From NCBI GenBank assembly GCA_030141605.1, contig JAQGDQ010000016.1, positions 560,282 through 624,281 of the forward strand: a stretch of DNA of 64,000 nt, in the 5' to 3' direction. Positions 15,150-29,600 of this stretch are shown here, one piece after another. The notes under the pieces were generated by a model. It did no database searches, was not told the DNA's origin, and saw only the letters and a list, made by a program, of their open reading frames with translations. Origin of the DNA: Tubiluchus corallicola. Taxonomy: Eukaryota > Animalia > Priapulida. How positions within the stretch are numbered: position 1 is the stretch's first letter; each line of letters opens with the position of its first letter. The position numbers and the translations under genes are program-made.

Positions 15150-16439
15150 AAAATAGTATTCAAAACACTAAACTATTTTCCAAAACGTAGTGGCTGGGCT
15201 GCAATGGAATGAAAGCTCGTTTATAGAAGATGTGGTGATGCCTATATGGACTCTCAAAAACGAGCTTTTAGACGGAACCTCCGATTCTCTGGCTTACAAC
15301 TTTATAACGATTTCTTTCCAATGGCCACATTTGAAAAATAAACTCTTTAAGGGATGGCGAAAAACTAAGCCGAATCTTTGAAACCTCAAAGTTTATCGCC
15401 TTATGGTTGACAAAACAAAACTCAAACACATAAAATTATCTAAATTTGCAACTTGAATTTTGCAAGTGGGCCTATTGCGGAAACATACGAGTGAATGATC
15501 ATTCAGTGAATATTTTCAGAATCTGGTTCACCTTTTAGTGAAACAGCATTAACGCAGTGAGAAAACAAAATATTTACTGACCTTGAACTTTCTCGCAAGT
15601 TAATATTTTTGCTTTTGGTGAATTTGTCGTGTTTGATCACCTATGAATTACACTCATTTCAATGAAATCGGAATTTGTAGCCCTATAAGTTAGAATATTG
15701 TCTTATATGAATTCGCCTGATTAAAAAATTTAACGATTTAAAGGAAAGGCCAAGCCTTCCGGAAAGCCAATCCTATTTCAATAAACGCGAAAAATGTTAA
15801 AAGGATTTAGTAGTAAAACTGCAATAAGTGCTTCGTGTAACTAATAAAACTACTTTAAAGTCCCGATCACTTCATGTTTGGGCGCTCTCTTTTTCAATGC
15901 CCATTCTTCTTCCAATGACGTCATTCTGAAGAAAAATAGCACACTGTCTCAATCTTTCATCAAAAGTATAAGTTTTTAAAAATAATTAGATAGCCAATTT
16001 TGTCAATTTTTGCGTGAACATCAGGTTAGCCGCAAAAATTCGAAAAAATTTAAGCAGCGCAAACTTACGGAAAGTGACGATGCGCTTACGAAAAGTCACG
16101 AAGTCTCCCAGTTACGTCATAATTTTCAAGTGAATGGCGGCAACCACCATGCCTGAAAATCTTTATTCAGAAGTAGCATATTTTAAATTTATGCTTTATA
16201 GACAGTTGTGCAAATTTTTTTGTTATATTTACTAAGTTAAACTGATAACCCAACATACTGAGTGACTTGTTCTTTTATTTAATACTGGAGTGCCATGGTT
16301 TGCAAAGATAAATACAAACTAGCACGTTCCAGCACTGGCTAAAGGCATCAAATGAATAAGACTTTACGAAAATATTCGGTACCATGCACTTCTGCCATTT
16401 AAATCAATTTTAAGGTTAATATATTAAACAGTTGTAATA

Positions 16440-17400
16440 CTTGTAATCAATTAACGAAATGCTGAATTTTTTTGTTTTGATCCAAAGAAATCCCAGCTAA
16501 TTATCCTACCAAATTTCAACTTTCATCACGGGAACTTGTAATTTAAATCAATTTAAAATAAAAATTAAATAATTAAACATTATAATCAGCTGTAGTTAAT
16601 TAACTAACTAACTAATTATTACAATTTTTTCGTTTTGAACCAAGGATATCAAACAACTTGATTGAATGATGTACGAAACCTAGCTCCGATTTAAATGAAA
16701 TTAAAATTGGTTAATGAAACGGCTATAATTATTTAACAATTTTAATTAATTTACGAATTGGCACCAATTTTCTTACTTTCGACCAAGGACATCTCATCTA
16801 ACCGTCCTACTAAATTTCTTCTCAGTTGGATCAGGGAAATATGCAAATGAAATCTAAAATAACTTAATTAAATGATTCTATTTAATTGACTAATTAACGA
16901 ATTGATACGATTTTCATTTTAAACCAAAGATATCTTAGCTAATCGTCATAGCAAATTTTAATTCAATTAGACATGGGAATATGTAATTTAGAACAATTAA
17001 TTGAACAGTTCCAATTAATTAACCAATTAACAAATTGAATTTATACTTTTCGTTTCGAACCAAGTACATCCTAGCTAATCATCGTACCTAATTTTAACTC
17101 GACTGAATTATGCGAACATACAATTTAAAATTAATTAATTAAACAGCTTTAATTAATTAACTGGTTAACGAATTACTGCAAGTATTTAACTTTGAGCTAA
17201 TGACATCCTAGCTAATGATCCTGCCAAATTTCAATTCGATCATGCGAACATGCAATTTAAATCAACTTAACCTTAACTAATTAATTAATTAATTAAACAG
17301 TTCGAACTACTTAGCTAACTTGCAAGTGCTACAAGTTTTTGAAGAAGCTACATCGTAACTAGTCATCACATTTAATTTCAACTCAATTGGATAAACACTT
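16440..17400. repeat. Degenerate tandem repeat, about 7 units of ~140-155 bp, probably the internal array of a non-autonomous element
   Basis: The motif TT(C/T)GA-CCAAG-ACATC(C/T)TAGCTAATxxTCCTACCAAATTTCAAxT recurs at about 16477, 16635, 16778, 16918, 17054, 17191 and 17338. Confidence 0.8.
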
Positions 17401-19804
17401 TTGGTGTTATTTCAACTACACGTGTAATTTGGAGCTAAAAAGTTGAAAAAGGTGTGATGGACGAAGTGAGAAACCGGATTTTTCTAAGGCCCGGGTTAAC
17501 GTCCGGGAATCACATCTGATTACATAGGAATTGCATTTCATTTCAGTGACATCTTTTGATCCATGACCCATGTGAATTGATCAACCCGACACATCCATTT
17601 TCCACTTTAGATTTCAAATATTTTTAGAAACAAAAATCTCAGGTGATTTACATTGAAAGCTAACGTTGACGATACCACGCTACCAGCCTATAGGCTTTAA
17701 AACTATAGCGATCAAGCAGCGATCTATGACAAACTTGTACGAAACGAGGGTTGTTGAGATAGTACAAGCTATCTTAATAATGAATCTCTACGAACAAAAT
17801 TTTTTAGCCTTATGTACAGTACAATTAACTTTAAAACTACAAGAACTCTAAACTCTGTGCTGATGCAGTTCGCTGCATTAACAATTCGTTAACTCATTAA
17901 ATTTGCAATATTCTACACGTTGCTACGACAAAACGAATGTCCAGGAAAAATAAAAAAAAAATTGGGATAATAAATAAAGCCTTTGCACGCACTCACTTTT
18001 GAGCTTGAACTTTTTCCCAAAAATGTTGAAAATTGAGTTCAGAGTTCAGATTTCAAATCAAGCTTTTAGGAAAAAAGACATCTTGCTTACTTAAATCTCA
18101 TTGAACACATAAAAAATCTATCTCATTAAAAAAAATTAATAAAGTGAAACTGATGCACCAACTAAATTAACTGCCGACTGCCGAGCTTTATATCTTGCAG
18201 TTTCTCTAAGTTTGGGTGATGAAGACGCTTCATTAAAGTAGATAAGGCACGTATATTATATTAGTAGGCTCTACAATGCCTACATAATGAAATCATTGAA
18301 ATAATGTTCTTTCTTGCATGCTCCATACCATTAGAAGAGCTGCTATATACAATTGTGATGATCATACACCTTAGTTTAAGTACGACCGACATGGCATTGT
18401 CAAGGACGACGCCATTACTTCCAAGAGGAGGCCCGCATTTTCCTGGGAAGGAGGATTCAGTACAATGTAGTGAATTTAGTGCCTTTCATTAATAAGAGAT
18501 TTTGACTTAACAAACAAGTATTCGTGATTCAATTTCTGTGACTTTGCAATTTAAAATGTCTCAATAATTAATAACCTGAATTTTTGCAATCATCTTTAGA
18601 CCACGATTGATGATTGATCGGATGTTAATAAATTAATAAGTTAATTTAAATTAATTCGCCATATAAAAGGAGTAAACAGTTAATTGTTACAAATGTTCGA
18701 CTTAACCAAAATAACCAAAAATTTTACTAGGGAGCAGTAACCCAACAAAACTGCAAGGACACAAAAGTGAAAAAAATTATTTGGACAGACCGACATACTT
18801 GTAACGGGAGTACAACGCCTACATCTTGTACAAATATTGTCAGAATCTAATTTACGTTTTTGAGACCACAGTCAGGCAAAGTTTTATAAATGTCACGGCA
18901 AATGCTGAGTTTATATATGAAATATGTACAAATTAATAGTACAAGTAACAATATAGTAGCATTTTATTAGAACCAATGAAAGCTATAGTTATGTCTCTGG
19001 CTGTAATAACTAGACCGGAATGCGAAGCATTGGGTTACTCGCTTTTTGAGTTTTTCTGTCCCGATTCGCGTCGGCTTGGAGATATTACGTATAACCATGA
19101 AAAAGCATTTTTGTGTAAAACATTTTAGCTTCCCAGCTGCTCTATAAGTTGAGCTACAACCATTTCTTTTTTTCAAGATTCAGTAGTGTAAAAGATACTG
19201 TAAAAAAGTACACACGCACGTAAGTTTTGCTCGAACGTATTTGTAAAATATACAAACTTAAGTAACACGGTATGTGTTTCCGTCCTGTTTCGGATGATGC
19301 CCTTCCGTCGATTCCTTTTCAGCAATTTTTTGCAATAGTACTGTATTGTCACAATATTAAAAAACACCCCCACACTACCCACATCATGTCACAAAACAAT
19401 AGCAACAAAAAATTTTGCACAAACGCTAACGAATCCATCTACTTTTGATCAATAAAGCGCAGATTCTGTATTATCTTTGCTTTCTTGTCCTATAACGATG
19501 GTGATAAGACGACTGTTAACAGATAAACGTTTACGGTTGTTATAGAATCTAAATTTTTGTGAACGTTTAGTGATGCATTGATTGTCTCACAATGAGTGAA
19601 TGACAGAGTTTATATTACATAAAACGAGTACAAGACCGGCTTAATGGCGAAACAAATCTATGTATAAAGGCTACATTACACGCGAGAGGAAGACTTCCTG
19701 GAAACTGGCTTCTGAAAGTCTCGTTTCCCTACGTCTCTGTTTGCTCTTGAGAAAGGGCGTGTATAACTTACATTCTCTCTTTCTCTGTGTAGCAGTAGAA
19801 ATAC

Positions 19805-19819
19805 ACCTCTCCATCTCTT

Positions 19820-19868
<49 letters not shown>

Positions 19869-19965
19869 TTCAGTCTCTTCCCTCTCTCTCTTTCTCTCTC
19901 TCTTTTTCAGTCTCTCTCTCCTCTCTCTCTCTCTTTCTCATTCTTTCTTTCCAATCTCTTCCATT
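19805..19965. repeat. (CT)n-rich tract
   Basis: Directly visible. Confidence 0.92.
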
Positions 19966-20407
19966 TTCTCTAATTGGTTCCTTCACCCTCTAAGTTCCGT
20001 TTTCATAAAAATAGGGATTTAGGGATTTTATGCGTCAAATAATTTCTGATTTGAAAAATAATCTATTCAGCAAAAGGAACCACATCAGAATATTTCGTTT
20101 AATTCTGATTCTGTTTTTCAGTCATATTTGAAGCTAATAGGCAAAGCTTTACGTGAACACCTTAAAGTATAGAATGCCTGTGTGCAAACACTTATTGTTA
20201 TTAAAAGTTTGTCAAATTTACATCCTCAAGTGAAGTGGCATTTCGGTACATTTTTATGATCCGGCTTTGAAGTGGACGACTACTTAATATTTACAAAGTG
20301 AGCTATGCGGGATATCCAATGATATGGTATTAATTTCGTCCAGAAACCTTGGCATTTAGCTTTGCATTATATGTAAGATTCATTTACCTAGGTAGTTTAC
20401 ATTAATA

Positions 20408-20527
20408 TGGGCCTGGCACCTGTTGATTTCCGTTTACCAATACGTAGGCTGCAAACGGGCCTATATAAAGCGAGTGTGGGAACCATTCATTTGACAATCC
20501 GTTGATACTGGTATAAAACAGGTAAGT
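20408..20527 (+). promoter_or_regulatory. Core promoter and non-coding first exon of cathepsin gene 2
   Basis: CCAAT 20437-20441, TATATAAA 20462-20469, donor CAG|GTAAGT at 20522; homologous to 3950-4069. Confidence 0.7.
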
Positions 20528-21188
20528 TTTAGCTGGGAAAAACTCATGGTAATAGCACTTATCACACAGAGTTTCTTATTTTGTTTCCTTCTGTCATAAA
20601 CAAATGATCAAGTGGTTGTTGTACGAAAGCATAAGTGTGCTGTCATTTTCGTATGACTTTGTTTTCCACCATTAGTAAGTGTTATTGTCATTTTCGTGTG
20701 ATTTTTGTTTGGCACTTTTTTAATTATCATTTTGAAATTGCCCGTAGCTGGTCAAAGTTTAGTGCGAACTAAAAAGATAAAAAGAGAAATACTTTTGCGC
20801 TTGGTTTTTAATTACTATTGTTCACAATACAGCTGAAACAACATAGCAGGAGATTTTACTAGAACTAATAACACTTCCATTGAAATTATACATGTCAAGT
20901 ACATCACACAAAAACTTTAATAGATTCAAAATTTTCTAATTAATATAGTAGCAATCAACAACAGTCACTAAGTGCTTTCATCATAAAAAAATTTGCATTA
21001 ATTAATATTACAGTATTAACAAAATGCAATAAGTAAAGTAATCTACTGTAATTTAATTTTGCTTTGTTAGTTCTGTTAATTACCAGTAAAAGCTTTACTT
21101 GTTAATATCCGCTTTTGTATTATGATTTGGTTATATGAATTAAGGTTGCTTAGTTAAGCATATGTATTATCTACAGGGATTATACGAA

Positions 21189-24100
21189 ATGAAGATTTCT
21201 GCAGCGCTATTTCTCCTAGCCGTCATTGTCGTATCAGAAGTGGCAGCAGGTGATGACATTCCAACCTGGGAAGAATTTAAAGCCACGTATCGTAAGTTTG
21301 TTCCTCAGCTGTTCAATAGATTGTTTACAGGTGGTAAGAGTGTTTGTAACCTGCAAACCTTTTCATTTTTTGTATTATGGACGATTATCAGCAAGTTATA
21401 ATCTAAGTACATACAGCTAAAAACTGTTCACATAAATGTATTTTCTAATCATTTAGATCAAATCATTTGTTGTTCTATCACATTAAAATTTTGCTCAAAC
21501 CATATGTGGTCCAAGCTACTGGTACATATGCCATTTGCACTAGATATTGGAATAGATCCACAATTAATAAAGTTTAGAAGCTTAAACTGGCCGAAATGGA
21601 GGTAAGGTGGAAAAATGAAGAATGAAGCTTGTTTTGAACCGGGACTTTTAGTTCAAATCCCGGCTCACATCTTTCAATGAAGCAAATCTAGGCCCATTTT
21701 TTACATTTGTCCTCTTTCAGTTAAATTCGGTTTCAATTTTTTTATTGTGGACTAGTATGAATCATTATTTAATAATTTTTAAATTAGGATTACAAGTAAT
21801 TGCTTTTGGGAATGTTTTTTCAGTGCAACTTGATTTTTGTTGCGTAATGCATAGGATATTTATATAGCGTTCGCGTAATTATAACATGTCGTCAATAAAC
21901 TTACGTGCACGTAACCTTCTACAGGGCGCACAGTGCATACTATGGAAAATCTGTATGACACAATTACTGGACGCAGATTTTTACTAGTCTGCGGCTTCGA
22001 TAAATGAAGTTTTGCGAACTTTGTCACACAGATATTAAGCATGCTTAAATTTCGGTGTCCAAGAAACGCCTCCTGCTCGTCAGACAAAATCAGATCAGAC
22101 TAATAAAAAGCAACGATTTGTCATCTGGTAATGTGACGTTTGCACTGTCTGAAGCAGACTGCTCCATATAAACGCCACAATTCGCATCTGACAGTTTTGC
22201 TCGATTTTTAGAGCGTGCGACTGCGACTAGTATTCTGTTTTATGTCGATGTATGTACGTTACTATTTCATATATGCATGTATGAAAGCAAATTCTTTCTA
22301 ATTTTATACTGCCTGTTTTGAAACTTTTAGAACTTGCAAGTGGCGCACTGCTTGGTGTTATTTTTTTGAAATTTTAAATGTCTTAATACAGATAAGCACT
22401 ATGGTGGCACAAGAAAAAGCGAAGAAAGTCGAAGACATCGTATATTCAACCGGAACGTAGCAAAAATACGTGCTCACAATAAACTTTATGAAGAGGGGAA
22501 ATCAACATACAAACTGGGCGTAAACGCCTTTTGCGATCAAGTAGGTACTTTAAAATATGCGTTGTTTCTCTTGTGGTGTGCTGTATTGGTTATTTGATTA
22601 CTTAATTTCGCTAGTTGAAATAATTAAATTAATTGTGCAAATTTCCATAATTATCATCAACATTTTTTATTACAATTGGGCTGTTTACGTTCTTCAGCAA
22701 TCCATTCGTTTCTATAAGGAATAAATTTAGAGCTTAACTCCGTCTCTAACATTGTGCATGGGCGACCAAGTAAAAAATTGCTGAATCTGTTCTACTTCGA
22801 GTGATATAAGATTCACAAGATATACCAATTCATTCTATGATATAAGAAAAGTACGAATAACCTGAATGACAAGAAGAAGTTAATCACATGACATAATGTA
22901 AAAAACAGAGCTGTTTACGCAAGAGCACGTCAACAGTAGAAATACATCATACAAAATTACAAAGATTATGACTCACTAGAATGTTGTTGGGTAAACAACT
23001 TACAGCTTTTTAATTATTATAATCTTAAAGACAGTAAAACAGCATGGGGAACTCATGATAAAATTCTGACATGTTTTTACTTTAAAATCTCTTGTTTTTA
23101 ACTCGTATTTTTAACATCGTCACTGTTAATATTGTGAATTACGAGTCATCAACAATCCAGAATCGAACCCTGAACCTTTACGCTCGAATAGTAAGGGGAC
23201 AAACCAAGCAGCTAACAATACGTTTGTTTCTTCTTCAATATAATACTTATACACACATAAATGTAACTTTACAGTATCGACCAACATATATTTGCGTAGA
23301 TCAGCTAATGTAACTTGCCTTTTTGCAAACAAATTGCAAATTGTAATTGTAACTAGAAACCAGTTTATCATATAACTTGTTTACAATAATCAGAACTATT
23401 TTATGATGCAAGAAATAAGAACAACACTCCCGTACGCTTGCTGCTTGCACGTAGGTCTTTCAGATAAAGTATTATTGCACCCCTACATAAATAACTAAGC
23501 AATAGCGATGTTTTATCACCTGATCCGCCATTCTTACCAGGTTTGAAAATTTTAATTGCTGTTCTGATTTGGTCAACAAACACTACATAGTCGCTTTGTT
23601 TTTAATTTGAAAGTGCAGATTTTCGTACAACGAAATAAGCGAAGATATATAAGCTCTTATGCTGTTAGATAACAGTTTTAAAGGTGACGAAAGTTGCTTG
23701 CAATTCGTTTTTCAATGCGTTGTATTAGTACTTGTTTCATCAATTTTTCTAGGTCTTAATTTCACACCAAAACTGCCTATCACTGTTAGAGGAAATCGGC
23801 ATCCATCTTACGTTTTTATACTATATTAGTAGCAGCTCGTGTATAGGTACTGTGGAAGTGCAGCAACCCTTATTTTCACTCAATATTATTGATAATATTC
23901 AATATGATAAGTCTTTGTTCTTTAGTTTCTTTGCACATGTAGGGAACTAGAGCACGTGAGGATAGTGCTACATTTGCTTCACAGCCCAGCACAGTGCACT
24001 TCATCAACGCGGTTTCGGCTGTTGTGCGCATGCGGCCATGCGCACATGTCTCAGAGAGTAGTGTCGCTTACTGTGAATGGATCAAGCGTGAACTGCGACA

Positions 24101-26128
24101 ATTTAGGCTAGTAATAAGCGAAAAATATTTTTTTACGATTTTATCAAGTTTATGTATAAACTTTCGTATCATTGTTTGTTTAAAACTACAATTACAACAT
24201 CAAAATTATATACTGTTTCGTTTTACACAGTTTTAAAGCAATGGCTAAAATTTTTCTGAAGCAGTAACTCTACTAATTTTAGCTACGAGCCACCACTGTA
24301 CTACATCTTGCTTTCTTTTAACTTCGCGAATTTTGCAATGATGCAGACTGCGCGTCTTGCTGTGCGTATCTGAAATATCGTCATTCTTAAGTGTTACAGG
24401 TCTATCAGAGTCTTCCAATGTTTGGCCTGGTTTTTATGCAGCTCTTTCTATTGCTGACGCATCTTATTTTAAACAGACACTTCGAGAGGTCATCGAATCA
24501 AGCACAGGTCTGGTAACCCCACCTGATCCAGCGCCAGAATCGTTAACGAATGTAGCCTATCAGACGAAAACTGATATTCCTGATGTTGACTGGACTAACC
24601 ATAAATGTATGTCACCTGTACGCGACCAGGTAAGAAGCAATTAGAAAATCAATAACACGACAACCACAAAACAAAAAGCATTTTAACAAATAGTGAACAC
24701 ATGACAAAAAATTAACTGGAGGAAAATAACATACTGTAAACTTTGTGTCAACTTAAAAAATTCTAATTTGTGCCAACTAGGTCATTACGTGCGGTAAAAC
24801 TAAAGGTAGATTCGGCAAGAACATCTTTTCTGCAATTTTTAGCATTATTGTGATATGCTCTCAGAAAACTTAAAAAAAGGCCCGTCTGTGCTTATGGATC
24901 CATCCGTACGGAAAAACTAGTTTAGACTTGTAATTCAACATGATAAAATACATCTCAGCTTCATGTAGTTTTCTAATTTATACAGATAATAGTAGGGTGT
25001 GCACTACTCCCGGAAACGAAAAAAAACTAAAATCGACTGTTCCGCAACTGGGTCAATACAAAAAATGTCAGATTCAGATTCAGCGTGGTAAAGTACTTCT
25101 GTAATTTTCTGGTTTATATAGCCTGTATGGGATATGTCCCTGATCAGGAAACAGAAAGCCGTAAAAATTCCTGACAGCCCTCTAGAAATTCCATGTTTTG
25201 TCCCCGAATTAGTTCTTAAACATTTGGTGCCTACCTTGGCGTAATATCATTAATTAAAATTATCAGTGTTAGTTTATGGTAAAGTAATACATTGTGGTAG
25301 GCAAATGCGTCAGGTGCAAACTAGACAATAATTGAAACAAACTTCAAGGCAATTAAACGAATTAAACTATGACTAAATGCACTACAGTAAAGATCAAAAC
25401 TACCCCACAATCTCTGTCTTTCTGCTCTCCCCTCACTCCCCCTGTGCCCTTTTCTTGCTCTTTTCCTTCTTTCTCTCACACGCTGTCCCACTCTCTTTCT
25501 GGCTCTCTTTCTCCACGTCTTTAATAATAACATAATATTAACTAGACTTTAGGCCTGGGATAAATGAAGTCGTAATAATCATATTCGTGCACTAAAGATT
25601 TCAAACGATCATTATGGATTCTTTTAATTTTGATCGAAAATTACTTTGCTTTATTGTAGTTAGTAATGAAGTTCAAGGTTGTATTGTCTACGCGGCTATT
25701 GAGTACGTCTTCCCATGTTGGTTACTCGTTCCAATGTTTTTTAAATTTAATATTGTGTAATTAATACTGGAATTCTGTAAAAGGGGAACTTCGCTATTTT
25801 TTTTAAGGAAAATTAACATTATTAGTATTAATAATAACGCAAGAGTTTGATAATCCTGCCCTACAATGCACCTGTGTCCTATATTAGTCATATAGTAGTA
25901 GCGGTTGCTTCAAAAATGTTATACTTTGTTCAACCTTCTTTTCTTTTGTTTTTTTAATGACAGGGAAGCTGTGGTAGCTGCTGGGCATTTGCAGCGGTGA
26001 GTAAGCCTATACCTGCATATAATTTGTAGAAAACTCTGTGTTTTCCTATGCTTCAACAGCATTCTCATGTTAAGCCAGAGTTAGTCTTTATAATTTACAC
26101 AAATAGTCATAGACAATTGCAAACAGAA

Positions 26129-26221
<93 letters not shown>

Positions 26222-26626
26222 AGTCTGTTTATTGAAACAATAGATACATTGCTTCCCCTCTATTTGCCGGTGTTCAATTACAACTAAATGACTATTTATT
26301 AATAATGTTACAATATCTATTTCATACATAATACGTGCATAAGTAGAAGTTGAATCCATAAGCTGCTTTTTAATTCCAGATTATACTTAAGCAACATTGA
26401 TTAAACGCATCATATAAACACTTGCGCATCACATCATAAATTATATACACATATACAACATATATATGAGTGCACTTGTCTTATCTTATCATAACAGTAT
26501 TAATATATATATAATATGTATTTATATTATGTGCATATTTACACACACACACACACACACACACGCACGCACGCACATGCACATGCACACACACACACAC
26601 AAACACACACACACGTGCACACACGA

Positions 26627-26663
<37 letters not shown>

Positions 26664-29600
26664 GACATATATATTTGCACATTAAATTGTATATATATGT
26701 ATACAAATTTATATTTTCGGAGCTAAATTGGTTTTACACTGTTATTATAAACATCATCTTTACATGATATAACATGACATAACACAAACAGAAAGTATAA
26801 TGACAAAATTCTGTCAAACGTTTGTATAGATAATTGTATCATAATAATTTTTGTTCATCACGGTGTGGTGCAGTGTCTCATCATCGCGACGCTTAAACTT
26901 TGGCAAGATGTGAATTCCGTCGTAGAAAACGGCAGCTGGTATTGCAATTTTATTTTTCAATATCTTGTACACCTGGCGCTTTACACGACAAATTGGTAAA
27001 CAGTTTTTGGTACCCAACAAAACCATTCATAAGCTTAAAGGTGTATTTCGGTATTATAGATATCAAACTGTGTGTTATCGGGGCTTATACTAATTGTACC
27101 TTGTTTATAGGTTATGAATCTTATAGTCTTAAGATTTTTCCGTATTGTTTATAACCCCATATAGATTTTCCAAACAATAATTACAGATCTAGTTTTTAAA
27201 TTGGCATCAGCCTTTCGTTTGAACGTCATAATATTTATTTAATTAAATCTCGTATAATTGCCTGGTTATCTGGGAATTGCACTTCACAAAAAAATCACAA
27301 CCTGCAGTTTTCTGACAAATGACACCAGACCAAAGGTCAAATAATCTCTTGTCAAATAACTTTCAGTTCACCTTATAGAGAGCTTTCATTTGATATACTT
27401 CAAGCTAGTGTTGCTTCAAGGTGGAAGCATTTGTCTCGCCACCCCCATTTTTGCCCCTGGCGGGGTAATATAACAGCCCATCTCATTATAACCTACACCA
27501 TTCGATTCGTCTCATCGACACCTATCATTTGACATTTTACAAGTTATTGTCACTCGATACTCGAAAAACTTCTGGCATCAACCCCCAAATTTCAGTTTTT
27601 GCTTCTGGTGCAAAATTTTTGCCATATTTAGCTATGGGCAAGACCTGATTCACCTAGCCGCATTCCAAAAAATGTAGCTCAAAAGTTCCTATGAGTAGGC
27701 AGAGTCTGACCAAAACAAAAATGGGGAAGACCCGCCTATTCCGGACCTTTGACTCGACATTCCTGGGAACATATAAATATAGTCTTCTTTATCTCGGGAG
27801 TGTGAGTTTTGTGTCCAAATCTTTTGTGCTTTCTGCGTCTAAAAGGTTACCAAAAGCAGGCATTTCTGATTTTGATTTCGGCTCCCCTCTCAAACATTCA
27901 AATCGCCCCAGATTTTTAAAGACGCCCATATACATATCTACCTTACAGTACCTAAACAAAATTGTGGAAAAAAATTAAAACAAATTAATTTGGGCAGGAG
28001 TTGAATCACAACTACAGAATGGATCGACGCCCTTCACCCTTTTACCACAGGTCAGAGGCCAACACTCTACTGACCTTCCCCCACCCATGGCTACACACAC
28101 TGTAAGATCGTGATCGTAGCTTACAAACTTAACGAGTTAATTAAGCAAAATGATTGCGGAAAATAAAGGTTCAAGAAATAACAACTGTATGGCTTTGAAG
28201 AAGATAGCAAAATATTGATTATATCATTAATTAATAGTCTTAAGACTAATAACATAAATAAATTAATAAACCTAATAAGCTAATGTATGGTTAATTTTGA
28301 AGTAGTTGTTATGGACACATAGGCCATTGAAATAGATAGGTAATTTAGACACAAAGATGTTTAGACAAGGTACACTTAGGATTGGAATGTGACGTGGTAC
28401 CGTTTAGTTATATGTACACTGTTGTTGGAGCGAGTCACGAGTGCATTTAAACTCTTCTTGGAACGACGATATGTTCTGGGCCAAGTATTTATTCGTGTTG
28501 TTGTCTTGTTCTTGAAATGTACACACTTAATAAAAAGTGCTAAGACTCTCGATAAGATCTTGCAGGCATGCACATTAAGAAACTACTTCGCTTTCGCTTT
28601 CTCCCATCAGCAATTACAGCTTGCAGGTCAAAAGTTACAAAAACATTAGGGTGTTTCCCTAATATGCCGTTGTCCGCACAGATAGTCTCAGTTTCTTTCA
28701 AGTTGAAAAGGAAAATAAGAATGTGAAAAGGTTTTTTTAAATAGATCACCGTGCTCATTTTTGCATCTGTTATTATAACTGTAATCCTCCTGTATTATGT
28801 ATAATGGTATAATGGTCCTCCTACTCCTCCTTCAAATCTTACTCCTCATCTTTCCGTTCCTCATTATCATTATCATCATTACGTAGAGGCCAAACGATGT
28901 ATGTGACAAAAACAGCTTGTGTCCAAATTACCAATGTGTCCATAATACGTTATGTCAAACACCTTGTGTATCCACATGACCTCTATGTCCAAAATACTAT
29001 GTGCTCAAACGACATATGTGTCCAAACTGCCTGTGTGTCCAGAACAATCCGTTTTCAGTTTACTTACGTGCCATATCACCTAACCTATGTGCAAATTACC
29101 TGTGTCCAAAATCTGTGCTCAAGTTGCCTATGTGACCAAGACTACCTGTGCCAAAATGTTTTGTTTCGAAGTGTCTGTACACCCCTTTTGCTGATGTTTG
29201 TAATATGTGATAGAGGAAATGTCTGATTCAGAGGTGTAGCCGGTGTTTTGCGATGAGATCACTGCACCAGGCAACTGAATTACCTTAAAAGTCATGGACC
29301 GTAATTGCTATACATGACATTAAACCGCTCTCAGTGGATACTTTACCAGCCTCATACTAAGTAACTGTTCTGTCATAGTTGCTTTTGACTTTTTCTCAAT
29401 TTTAAGAATACTGCGCTCAACACACGATACTGCATTGAGAAAAGCCTTCAGTCAGTTGGAGAATACAGTGACCAACATTTAGTAGACTGCGACACTTATG
29501 ACAATGGATGTAACGGTGGATGGCCGTACAACGCATATTACTACATTTGGAGAAATGACATTACAATGAGGGCAGACTATCCCTATGTAGCAAAGGTAAT

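Noticed and set aside
16440-17400. CRISPR-like repeat-spacer appearance
   Set aside because: Eukaryotic context, the units are degenerate along their whole length, and there are no cas genes.
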